From Eledone cirrhosa (lineage: Eukaryota): a stretch of 64,000 bases of DNA. This document shows positions 1 to 13,719 of the stretch, one piece after another (within the stretch, counting starts at the first letter, position 1; each line of letters opens with the position of its first letter). Position numbers and translations under genes: made by a program. The notes below the pieces were generated by a model that ran no database searches, was not told the DNA's origin, and saw nothing but the letters and a program-made list of their open reading frames with translations. The DNA is taken from contig OZ024742.1 in assembly GCA_964016885.1 (NCBI GenBank), positions 377,828,001 through 377,892,000 of the forward strand, in the 5' to 3' direction.

Positions 1-3000
1 TACTTCTGTCACTTGTTAAACTACCTCAACAGAAGAATAGAACACATTTCTACTTCTGTCACTTGTTAAACTATCTCTACAGAAGACTAGAACATAATTC
101 TACTTCTCTCACTTGTTAAACTATCTCTACAGAAGACTAGAACATAATTCCACTTCTGTAACTTGTTAAACTATCTCTACAGAATACTAGAACTTATTTC
201 TACTTCTGTCACATGATAAACTATCTCTACAGAAGACTAGAACATATTTCTAGTTCTGTCACTTGTTAAACTATCTCTACAGAAGACTAGAACATATTTC
301 TACTTCTGTCACTTGTTAAACTATCTCTACAGAAGACTAGAACATAATTCTACTTCTGTCACTTGTTAAACTATCTCTACAGAAGACTAGAACATAATTC
401 TACTTCTTTCACTTGTTAAACTATCTCTACAGAAGACTAGAAAATAATTCTACTTCTTTCACTTGTTAATCTATCTCTACAGAAGACTAGAACATAATTC
501 TACTTCTGTCACTTGTTAAACTATCTCTACAGAAGACTAGAACATAATTCTACTTCTGTCACTTGTTAAACTATCTCTACAGAAGACTAGAACTAATTTC
601 TACTTCTGTCAGTTGTTAAACTATCACTAAAGAAGACTTGAACATATTTCTACTTCTGTCACTTGTTAAACTATCTCTACAGAAGACTAGAACATAGAAC
701 ATATTTCTGCTTCTGTCACTTGTTAAAGTATCTCTACAGAAGACTAGAACATATTACTACTTCTGTCACTTGTTAAACTATCTCTACAAAAGACTAGAAC
801 ATATTTCTACTACTGTCCCTTGTTAAACTCGCTCTACAGAAGACTAGAACATATTTCTACTACTGTCCCTTGTTAAACTATCTCTACAGAAGACTAGAAC
901 ATATTTCTACTTCTGTCACTTGTTAAACTATCTCTACAGAAGACTAGAACGTAGAACATATTTCTACTTCTGTCACTTGTTAAACTACCTCTACAGAAGA
1001 CTAAATCATATTTCTACTTCTGTCACTTGTTAAACTATCTCTACAGAAGACTAGAACATGATTCTACTACTCTCACTTGTTAAACTACCTCTACAGAAGA
1101 CCAGAACATATTTCTACTTCTGTCACTTGTTAAACTACCTCAACAGAAGAATAGAACACATTTCTACTTCTGTCACTTGTTAAACTATCTCTAAAGAAGA
1201 CTAGAACATATTTCTACTTCTGTCACATGTTAAACTATCTCTGCAGAAGACTAGAACATATTTCTACTCCTGTCACTCGTTAAATTATCTCTACAGAACA
1301 CTAGAAAATAATTCTACTTCTTTCACATGTTAAACTATCTCTACAGAAGACTAGAACATAATTCTACTTCTTTCACATGTTAAACCATCTCTACAGAAGA
1401 CTAGAACATAATTCTACTTCTGTCACTTGTTAAACTATCTCTACAGAACGCTAGAACATAATTCTACTTCTTTCACATGTTAAACTATATCTACAGAGGA
1501 CTAGAACATAATTCTACTTCTGTCACTTGTTAACCTATCTCTACAGATGACTAGAACATAATTCTACTTCTTTCACTTGTTAAACTATCTCTACAGAAGA
1601 CTAGAACATAGTTCTACTATTGTCACATGTTAACCTATCTCTACAGAAGACTAGAACATAATTCTACTTCTGTCACATGTTAAACTATCTCTACAGAAGA
1701 CTAGAACATATTTCTAAATCTGTCACTTGTTAAACTATCTCTACAGAAGACTAGAACATATTTCTACTTCTGTCACTTGTTAAACTATCTCTACAGAAGA
1801 CTAGAACGTAGAACATATTTCTTCTTCTGTCACTTGTTAAACTACCTCTACAGAAGACTAAATCATATTTCTACTTCTGTCACTTGTTAAACTATCTCTA
1901 CAGAAGACTAAAACATATTTCTACTTCTGTCACTTGTTAAACTATCTCTACAGAAGACTAGAACATATTTCTACTTCTTTCACTTGTTAAACTATCTCTA
2001 CAGAAGACTAGAACATAATTCTAATTCTTTCACTTGTTAAACTATCTCTACAGAAGACTAGAACATAATCCTACTTCTGTCACTTGTTAAACTATCTCTA
2101 CAGAAGACTAGAACATAGAACATATTTCTACTTCTGTTACTTGTTACACTATCTCTACAGAAGACTAGAACATGATTCTACTACTCTCACTTGTTAAACT
2201 ACCTCTACAGAAGACAAGAACATATTTCTACTTCTGTCACTTGTTAAACTACCTCAACAGAAGAATAGAACACATTTCTACTTCTGTCACGTGTTAAACT
2301 ATCTCTAAAGATGACTAGAACATATTTCTACTTCTGTCACATGTTAAACTATCTCTGCAGATGACTAGAACATATTTCTACTCCTGTCACTCGTTAAATT
2401 ATCTCTACAGAACACTAGAAAATAATTCTACTTCTTTCACATGTTAAACTATCTCTACAGAAGACTAGAACATAATTCTACTTCTTTCACATGTTAAACC
2501 ATCTCTACAGAAGACTAGAACATAATTCTACTTCTGTCACTTGTTAAACTATCTCTACAGAAGGCTAGAACATAATTCTACTTCTTTCACATGTTAAACT
2601 ATATCTACAGAAGACTAGAACATAATTCTACTTCTGTCACTTGTTAACCTATCTCTACAGATGACTAGAACATAATTCTACTTCTTTCACTTGTTAAACT
2701 ATCTCTACAGAAGACTAGAACATATTTCTACTATTGTCACATGTTAACCTATCTCTACAGAAGACTAGAACATAATTCTACTTCTGTCACATGTTAAACT
2801 ATCTCTACAGAAGACTAGAACATATTTCTACTTCTGTCACTTGTTAAACTATCTCTACAGAAGACTAGAACATATTTCTAAATCTGTCACTTGTTAAACT
2901 ATCTCTACAGAAGACTAGAACATATTTCTACTTCTGTCACTTGTTAAACTATCTCTACAGAAGACTAGAACATAATTCTACTTCTGTCACTTGTTAAACT

Positions 3001-6000
3001 ATCTCTACAGAAGACTAGAACATAATTCTACTTCTTTCACTTGTTAAACTATCTCTACAGAAGACTAGAACATAATTCTACTTCTTTCACTTGTTAATCT
3101 ATCTCTACAGAAGACTAGAACATAATTCTACTTCTGTCACTTGTTAAACTATCACTAAAGAAGACTTGAACATATTTCTACTTCTGTCACTTGTTAAACT
3201 ATCTCTACAGAAGACTAGAACATAGAACATATTTCTGCTTCTGTCACTTGTTAAAGTATCTCTACAAAAGACTAGAACATATTTCTACTACTGTCCCTTG
3301 TTAAACTCGCTCTACAGAAGACTAGAACATATTTCTACTACTGTCCCTTGTTAAACTATCTCTACAGAAGACTAGAACATATTTCTACTTCTGTCACTTG
3401 TTAAACTATCTCTACAGAAGACTAGAACGTAGAACATATTTCTACTTCTGTCACTTGTTAAACTACCTCTACAGAAAACTAAATCATATTTCTACTTCTG
3501 TCACTTGTTAAACTATCTCTACAGAAGACTAGAACATGATTCTACTACTCTCACTTGTTAAACTACCTCTACAGAAGACAAGAACATATTTCTACTTCTG
3601 TCACTTGTTAAACTACCTCAACAGAAGAATAGAACACATTTCTACTTCTGTCACTTGTTAAACTATCTCTAAAGAAGACTAGAACATATTTCTACTTCTG
3701 TCACATGTTAAACTATCTCTGCAGAAGACTAGAACATATTTCTACTCCTGTCACTCGTTAAATTATCTCTACAGAACACTAGAAAATAATTCTACTTCTT
3801 TCACATGTTAAACTATCTCTACAGAAGACTAGAACATAATTCTACTTCTTTCACATGTTAAACCATCTCTACAGAAGACTAGAACATAATTCTACTTCTG
3901 TCACTTGCTAAACTATCTCTACAGAACGCTAGAACATAATTCTACTTCTTTCACATGTTAAACTATATCTACAGAGGACTAGAACATAATTCTACTTCTG
4001 TCACTTGTTAACCTATCTCTACAGATGACTAGAACATAATTCTACTTCTTTCACTTGTTAAACTATCTCTACAGAAGACTAGAACATAGTTCTACTATTG
4101 TCACATGTTAACCTATCTCTACAGAAGACTAGAACATAATTCTACTTCTGTCACATGTTAAACTATCTCTACAGAAGACTAGAACATATTTCTAAATCTG
4201 TCACTTGTTAAACTATCTCTACAGAAGACTAGAACATATTTCTACTTCTGTCACTTGTTAAACTATCTCTACAGAAGACTAGAACGTAGAACATATTTCT
4301 TCTTCTGTCACTTGTTAAACTACCTCTACAGAAGACTAAATCATATTTCTCCTTCTGTCACTTGTTAAACTATCTCTACAGAAGACTAAAACATATTTCT
4401 ACTTCTGTCACTTGTTAAACTATCTCTACAGAAGACTAGAACATAGAACATATTTCTACTTCTGTTACTTGTTACACTATCTCTACAGAAGACTAGAACA
4501 TGATTCTACTACTCTCACTTGTTAAACTACCTCTACAGAAGACAAGAACATATTTCTACTTCTGTCACTTGTTAAACTACCTCAACAGAAGAATAGAACA
4601 CATTTCTACTTCTGTCACGTGTTAAACTATCTCTAAAGATGACTAGAACATATTTCTACTTCTGTCACATGTTAAACTATCTCTGCAGATGACTAGAACA
4701 TATTTCTACTCCTGTCACTCGTTAAATTATCTCTACAGAACACTAGAAAATAATTCTACTTCTTTCACATGTTAAACTATCTCTACAGAAGACTAGAACA
4801 TAATTCTACTTCTTTCACATGTTAAACCATCTCTACAGAAGGCTAGAACATAATTCTACTTCTGTCACTTGTTAAACTATCTCTACAGAAGGCTAGAACA
4901 TAATTCTACTTCTTTCACATGTTAAACTATATCTACAGAAGACTAGAACATAATTCTACTTCTGTCACTTGTTAACCTATCTCTACAGATGACTAGAACA
5001 TAATTCTACTTCTTTCACTTGTTAAACTATCTCTACAGAAGACTAGAACATATTTCTACTATTGTCACATGTTAACCTATCTCTACAGAAGACTAGAACA
5101 TAATTCTACTTCTGTCACATGTTAAACTATCTCTACAGAAGACTAGAACATATTTCTACTTCTGTCACTTGTTAAACTATCTCTACAGAAGACTAAATCA
5201 TATTTCTATTTCTGTCACTTGTTAAACTATCTCTACAGAAGACAAAACATAATTCTACTACTTTCACTTGTTAAACTATCTCTACAGAAGACTAGAACAT
5301 AGAACATATTTCTACTTCTCTCACTTGTTAAACTATCTCTACAGAAGACTAGAACATAATTCTACTTCTGTCACTTGTTAAACTATCTCTACAGAAGACT
5401 AGAACATATTTCTACTTCTGTCACTTGTTAAACTATCTCTACAGAAGACTAGAACATAATTCTACTTCTGTCACTTGTTAAACTATCTCTACAGAAGACT
5501 AGAACTAATTTCTACTTCTGTCAGTTGTTAAACTATCACTAAAGAAGACTTGAACATATTTCTACTTCTGTCACTTGTTAAACTATCTCTACAGAAGACT
5601 AGAACATAGAACATATTTCTGCTTCTGTCACTTGTTAAAGTATCTCTACAGAAGACTAGAACATATTACTACTTCTGTCACTTGTTAAACTATCTCTACA
5701 AAAGACTAGAACATATTTCTACTACTGTCCCTTGTTAAACTCGCTCTACAGAAGACTAGAACATATTTCTACTACTGTCACTTGTTAAACTATCTCTACA
5801 GAACACTAGAAAATAATTCTACTTCTTTCACATGTTAAACTATCTCTACAGAAGACTAGAACATAATTCTACTTCTTTCACATGTTAAACCATCTCTACA
5901 GAAGACTAGAACATAATTCTACTTCTGTCACTTGTTAAACTATCTCTACAGAACGCTAGAACATAATTCTACTTCTTTCACATGTTAAACTATATCTACA

Positions 6001-9000
6001 GAGGACTAGAACATAATTCTACTTCTGTCACTTGTTAACCTATCTCTACAGATGACTAGAACATAATTCTACTTCTTTCACTTGTTAAACTATCTCTACA
6101 GAAGACTAGAACATAGTTCTACTATTGTCACATGTTAACCTATCTCTACAGAAGACTAGAACATAATTCTACTTCTGTCACATGTTAAACTATCTCTACA
6201 GAAGACTAGAACATATTTCTACTTCTGTCACTTGTTAAACTATCTCTACAGAAGACTAGAACATATTTCTAAATCTGTCACTTGTTAAACTATCTCTACA
6301 GAAGACTAGAACATATTTCTACTTCTGTCACTTGTTAAACTATCTCTACAGAAGACTAGAACGTAGAACATATTTCTACTTCTGTCACTTGTTAAACTAC
6401 CTCTACAGAAGACTAAATCATATTTCTACTTCTGTCACTTGTTAAACTATCTCTACAGAAGACTAAAACATATTTCTACTTCTGTCACTTGTTAAACTAT
6501 CTCTACAGAAGACTAGAACATATTTCTACTTCTTTCACTTGTTAAACTATCTCTACAGAAGACTAGAACATAATTCTACTTCTTTCACTTGTTAAACTAT
6601 CTCTACAGAAGACTAGAACATAATCCTACTTCTGTCACTTGTTAAACTATCTCTACAGAAGACTAGAACATAGAACATATTTCTACTTCTGTTACTTGTT
6701 ACACTATCTCTACAGAAGACTAGAACATGATTCTACTACTCTCACTTGTTAAACTACCTCTACAGAAGACAAGAACATATTTCTACTTCTGTCACTTGTT
6801 AAACTACCTCAACAGAAGAATAGAACACATTTCTACTTCTGTCACTTGTTAAACTATCTCTACAGAAGACTAGAATATAATTCTACTTCTCTCACTTGTT
6901 AAACTATCTCTACAGAAGACTAGAACATAATTCCACTTCTGTAACTTGTTAAACTATCTCTACAGAATACTAGAACTTATTTCTACTTCTGTCACATGAT
7001 AAACTATCTCTACAGAAGACTAGAACATATTTCTAGTTCTGTCACTTGTTAAACTATCTCTACAGAAGACTAGAACATATTTCTACTTCTGTCACTTGTT
7101 AAACTATCTCTACAGAAGACTAGAACATAATTCTACTTCTGTCACTTGTTAAACTATCTCTACAGAAGACTAGAACATAATTCTACTTCTTTCACTTGTT
7201 AAACTATCTCTACAGAAGACTAGAACATAATTCTACTTCTTTCACTTGTTAATCTATCTCTACAGAAGACTAGAACATAATTCTACTTCTGTCACTTGTT
7301 AAACTATCTCTACAGAAGACTAGAACATAATTCTACTTCTGTCACTTGTTAAACTATCTCTACAGAAGACTAGAACTAATTTCTACTTCTGTCAGTTGTT
7401 AAACTATCACTAAAGAAGACTTGAACATATTTCTACTTCTGTCACTTGTTAAACTATCTCTACAGAAGACTAGAACATAGAACATATTTCTGCTTCTGTC
7501 ACTTGTTAAAGTATCTCTACAGAAGACTAGAACATATTACTACTTCTGTCACTTGTTAAACTATCTCTACAAAAGACTAGAACATATTTCTACTACTGTC
7601 CCTTGTTAAACTCGCTCTACAGAAGACTAGAACATATTTCTACTACTGTCCCTTGTTAAACTATCTCTACAGAAGACTAGAACATATTTCTACTTCTGTC
7701 ACTTGTTAAACTATCTCTACAGAAGACTAGAACGTAGAACATATTTCTACTTCTGTCACTTGTTAAACTACCTCTACAGAAGACTAAATCATATTTCTAC
7801 TTCTGTCACTTGTTAAACTACCTCTACAGAAGACAAGAACATATTTCTACTTCTGTCACTTGTTAAACTACCTCAACAGAAGAATAGAACACATTTCTAC
7901 TTCTGTCACTTGTTAAACTATCTCTAAAGAAGACTAGAACATATTTCTACTTCTGTCACATGTTGAACTATCTCTGCAGAAGACTAGAACATATTTCTAC
8001 TCCTGTCACTCGTTAAATTATCTCTACAGAACACTAGAAAATAATTCTACTTCTTTCACATGTTAAACTATCTCTACAGAAGACTAGAACATAATTCTAC
8101 TTCTTTCACATGTTAAACCATCTCTACAGAAGACTAGAACATAATTCTACTTCTGTCACTTGTTAAACTATCTCTACAGAACGCTAGAACATAATTCTAC
8201 TTCTTTCACATGTTAAACTATATCTACAGAGGACTAGAACATAATTCTACTTCTGTCACTTGTTAACCTATCTCTACAGATGACTAGAACATAATTCTAC
8301 TTCTTTCACTTGTTAAACTATCTCTACAGAAGACTAGAACATAGTTCTACTATTGTCACATGTTAACCTATCTCTACAGACGACTAGAACATAATTCTAC
8401 TTCTGTCACATGTTAAACTATCTCTACAGAAGACTAGAACATATTTCTACTTCTGTCACTTGTTAAACTATCTCTACAGAAGACTAGAACATATTTCTAA
8501 ATCTGTCACTTGTTAAACTATCTCTACAGAAGACTAGAACATATTTCTACTTCTGTCACTTGTTAAACTATCTCTACAGAAGACTAGAACGTAGAACATA
8601 TTTCTTCTTCTGTCACTTGTTAAACTACCTCTACAGAAGACTAAATCATATTTCTACTTCTGTCACTTGTTAAACTATCTCTACAGAAGACTAAAACATA
8701 TTTCTACTTCTGTCACTTGTTAAACTATCTCTACAGAAGACTAGAACATATTTCTACTTCTTTCACTTGTTAAACTATCTCTACAGAAGACTAGAACATA
8801 ATTCTACTTCTTTCACTTGTTAAACTATCTCTACAGAAGACTAGAACATAATCCTACTTCTGTCACTTGTTAAACTATCTCTACAGAAGACTAGAACATA
8901 GAACATATTTCTACTTCTGTTACTTGTTACACTATCTCTACAGAAGACTAGAACATGATTCTACTACTCTCACTTGTTAAACTACCTCTACAGAAGACAA

Positions 9001-9730
9001 GAACATATTTCTACTTCTGTCACTTGTTAAACTACCTCAACAGAAGAATAGAACACATTTCTACTTCTGTCACGTGTTAAACTATCTCTAAAGATGACTA
9101 GAACATATTTCTACTTCTGTCACATGTTAAACTATCTCTGCAGATGACTAGAACATATTTCTACTCCTGTCACTCGTTAAATTATCTCTACAGAACACTA
9201 GAAAATAATTCTACTTCTTTCACATGTTAAACTATCTCTACAGAAGACTAGAACATAATTCTACTTCTTTCACATGTTAAACCATCTCTACAGAAGACTA
9301 GAACATAATTCTACTTCTGTCACTTGTTAAACTATCTCTACAGAAGGCTAGAACATAATTCTACTTCTTTCACATGTTAAACTATATCTACAGAAGACTA
9401 GAACATAATTCTACTTCTGTCACTTGTTAACCTATCTCTACAGATGACTAGAACATAATTCTACTTCTTTCACTTGTTAAACTATCTCTACAGAAGACTA
9501 GAACATATTTCTACTATTGTCACATGTTAACCTATCTCTACAGAAGACTAGAACATAATTCTACTTCTGTCACATGTTAAACTATCTCTACAGAAGACTA
9601 GAACATATTTCTACTTCTGTCACTTGTTAAACTATCTCTACAGAAGACTAGAACATATTTCTAAATCTGTCACTTGTTAAACTATCTCTACAGAAGACTA
9701 GAACATATTTCTACTTCTGTCACTTGTTAA
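1..9730. repeat. Related blocks ~1-2950 and ~6784-9730 (offset 6783 bp), with rearranged partial copies between them
   Basis: The CCTCAACAGAAGAATAGAACAC marker lies at 27/6810 and 2255/9038, TTCCAC at 148/6931 and CACGTG..TAAAGATG at 2291/9074, all with offset 6783. A third CACGTG..AGATG copy is at 4619. Confidence 0.75.
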
Positions 9731-12700
9731 ACTATCTCTACAGAAGACTAGAACGTAGAACATATTTCTACTTCTGTCACTTGTTAAACTACCTCTACAG
9801 AAGACTAAATCATATTTCTATTTCTGTCACTTGTTAAACTATCTCTACAGAAGACAAAACATAATTCTACTACTTTCACTTGTTAAACTATCTCTACAGA
9901 AGACTAGAACATAGAACATATTTCTACTTCTGTCACTTGTTAAACTATCTCTACAGAAGACTAAAACATATTTCTACTTCTGTCACTTGTTAAACTATCT
10001 CTACAGAAGACTAGAACATAATTCTACTTCTCTCACTTGTTAAACTATCTCTACAGAAGACTAGAACATAATTCCACTTCTGTAACTTGTTAAACTATCT
10101 CTACAGAATACTAGAACTTATTTCTACTTCTGTCACATGATAAACTATCTCTACAGAAGACTAGAACATATTTCTAGTTCTGTCACTTGTTAAACTATCT
10201 CTACAGAAGACTAGAACATATTTCTACTTCTGTCACTTGTTAAACTATCTCTACAGAAGACTAGAACATAATTCTACTTCTGTCACTTGTTAAACTATCT
10301 CTACAGAAGACTAGAACATAATTCTACTTCTTTCACTTGTTAAACTATCTCTACAGAAGACTAGAACATAATTCTACTTCTTTCACTTGTTAATCTATCT
10401 CTACAGAAGACTAGAACATAATTCTACTTCTGTCACTTGTTAAACTATCTCTACAGAAGACTAGAACATAATTCTACTTCTGTCACTTGTTAAACTATCT
10501 CTACAGAAGACTAGAACTAATTTCTACTTCTGTCAGTTGTTAAACTATCACTAAAGAAGACTTGAACATATTTCTACTTCTGTCACTTGTTAAACTATCT
10601 CTACAGAAGACTAGAACATAGAACATATTTCTGCTTCTGTCACTTGTTAAAGTATCTCTACAGAAGACTAGAACATATTACTACTTCTGTCACTTGTTAA
10701 ACTATCTCTACAAAAGACTAGAACATATTTCTACTACTGTCCCTTGTTAAACTCGCTCTACAGAAGACTAGAACATATTTCTACTACTGTCCCTTGTTAA
10801 ACTATCTCTACAGAAGACTAGAACATATTTCTACTTCTGTCACTTGTTAAACTATCTCTACAGAAGACTAGAACGTAGAACATATTTCTACTTCTGTCAC
10901 TTGTTAAACTACCTCTACAGAAGACTAAATCATATTTCTACTTCTGTCACTTGTTAAACTATCTCTACAGAAGACAAGAACATGATTCTACTACTCTCAC
11001 TTGTTAAACTACCTCTACAGAAGACAAGAACATATTTCTACTTCTGTCACTTGTTAAACTACCTCAACAGAAGAATAGAACACATTTCTACTTCTGTCAC
11101 TTGTTAAACTATCTCTAAAGAAGACTAGAACATATTTCTACTTCTGTCACATGTTAAACTATCTCTGCAGAAGACTAGAACATATTTCTACTCCTGTCAC
11201 TCGTTAAATTATCTCTACAGAACACTAGAAAATAATTCTACTTCTTTCACATGTTAAACTATCTCTACAGAAGACTAGAACATAATTCTACTTCTTTCAC
11301 ATGTTAAACCATCTCTACAGAAGACTAGAACATAATTCTACTTCTGTCACTTGTTAAACTATCTCTACAGAACGCTAGAACATAATTCTACTTCTTTCAC
11401 ATGTTAAACTATATCTACAGAGGACTAGAACATAATTCTACTTCTGTCACTTGTTAACCTATCTCTACAGATGACTAGAACATAATTCTACTTCTTTCAC
11501 TTGTTAAACTATCTCTACAGAAGACTAGAACATAGTTCTACTATTGTCACATGTTAACCTATCTCTACAGAAGACTAGAACATAATTCTACTTCTGTCAC
11601 ATGTTAAACTATCTCTACAGAAGACTAGAACATATTTCTACTTCTGTCACTTGTTAAACTATCTCTACAGAAGACTAGAACATATTTCTAAATCTGTCAC
11701 TTGTTAAACTATCTCTACAGAAGACTAGAACATATTTCTACTTCTGTCACTTGTTAAACTATCTCTACAGAAGACTAGAACGTAGAACATATTTCTACTT
11801 CTGTCACTTGTTAAACTACCTCTACAGAAGACTAAATCATATTTCTACTTCTGTCACTTGTTAAACTATCTCTACAGAAGACAAAACATAATTCTACTAC
11901 TTTCACTTGTTAAACTATCTCTACAGAAGACTAGAACATAATTCTACTTCTTTCACTTGTTAAACTATCTCTACAGAAGACTAGAACATAATTCTACTTC
12001 TGTCACTTGTTAAACTATCTCTACAGAAGACTAGAACATAATTCTACTTCTTTCACTTGTTAAACTATCTCTACAGAAGACTAGAACATAGAACATATTT
12101 CTACTTCTCTCACTTGTTAAACTATCTCTACAGAAGACTAGAACATAATTCCACTTCTGTAACTTGTTAAACTATCTCTACAGAATACTAGAACTTATTT
12201 CTACTTCTGTCACATGATAAACTATCTCTACAGAAGACTAGAACATATTTCTACTTCTGTCACTTGTTAAACTATCTCTACAGAAGACTAGAACATATTT
12301 CTACTTCTGTCACTTGTTAAACTATCTCTACAGAAGACTAGAACATAATTCTACTTCTGTCACTTGTTAAACTATCTCTACAGAAGACTAGAACATAATT
12401 CTACTTCTTTCACTTGTTAAACTATCTCTACAGAAGACTAGAACATAATTCTACTTCTTTCACTTGTTAATCTATCTCTACAGAAGACTAGAACATAATT
12501 CTACTTCTGTCACTTGTTAAACTATCTCTACAGAAGACTAAAACATATTTCTACTTCTGTCACTTGTTAAACTATCTCTACAGAAGACTAGAACATATTT
12601 CTACTTCTTTCACTTGTTAAACTATCTCTACAGAAGACTAGAACATAATTCTACTTCTTTCACTTGTTAAACTATCTCTACAGAAGACTAGAAAATAATT

Positions 12701-13719
12701 CTACTTCTTTCACATGTTAAACTATCTCTACAGAAGACTAGAACATAATTCTACTTCTTTCACATGTTAAACTATCTCTACAGAAGACTAGAACATAATT
12801 CTACTTCTGTCACTTGTTAAACTATCTCTACAGAACGCTAGAACATAATTCTACTTCTTTCACATGTTAAACTATATCTACAGAGGACTAGAACATAATT
12901 CTACTTCTGTCACTTGTTAACCTATCTCTACAGATGACTAGAACATAATTCTACTTCTTTCACTTGTTAAACTATCTCTACAGAAGACTAGAACATAGTT
13001 CTACTATTGTCACATGTTAACCTATCTCTACAGAAGACTAGAACATAATTCTACTTCTGTCACATGTTAAACTATCTCTACAGAAGACTAGAACATATTT
13101 CTACTTCTGTCACTTGTTAAACTATCTCTACAGAAGACTAGAACATATTTCTAAATCTGTCACTTGTTAAACTATCTCTACAGAAGACTAGAACATATAT
13201 CTACTTCTGTCACTTGTTAAACTATCTCTACAGAAGACTAAAACGTAGAACATATTTCTACTTCTGTCACTTGTTAAACTACCTCTACAGAAGACTAAAT
13301 CATATTTCTACTTCTGTCACTTGTTAAACTATCTCTACAGAAGACAAAACATAATTCTACTACTTTCACTTGTTAAACTATCTCTACAGAAGACTAGAAC
13401 ATAATTCTACTTCTTTCACTTGTTAAACTATCTCTACAGAAGACTAGAACATAATTCTACTTCTGTCACATGATAAACTATCTCTACAGAAGACTAGAAC
13501 ATATTTCTACTTCTGTCACTTGTTAAACTATCTCTACAGAAGACTAGAACATATTTCTACTTCTGTCACTTGTTAAACTATCTCTACAGAAGACTAGAAC
13601 ATAATTCTACTTCTGTCACTTGTTAAACTATCTCTACAGAAGACTAGAACATAATTCTACTTCTTTCACTTGTTAAACTATCTCTACAGAAGACTAGAAC
13701 ATAATTCTACTTCTTTCAC

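Noticed and set aside
288-303. GAA...TTC motif resembling a heat-shock element
   Set aside because: The spacing is GAA-N5-TTC rather than the canonical nGAAnnTTCn, and there are not three correctly phased pentamers.
588-615. Resemblance of (TA)ATTTCTACTTCTGTCA to the Cas12a direct-repeat 3' end (AATTTCTAC-N4-GTAGAT), suggesting a CRISPR array
   Set aside because: The GTAGA arm needed for the Cas12a stem is replaced by GTCAC. The sequence between the matches is as conserved as the matches, so there are no unique spacers. There are no cas genes or leader.
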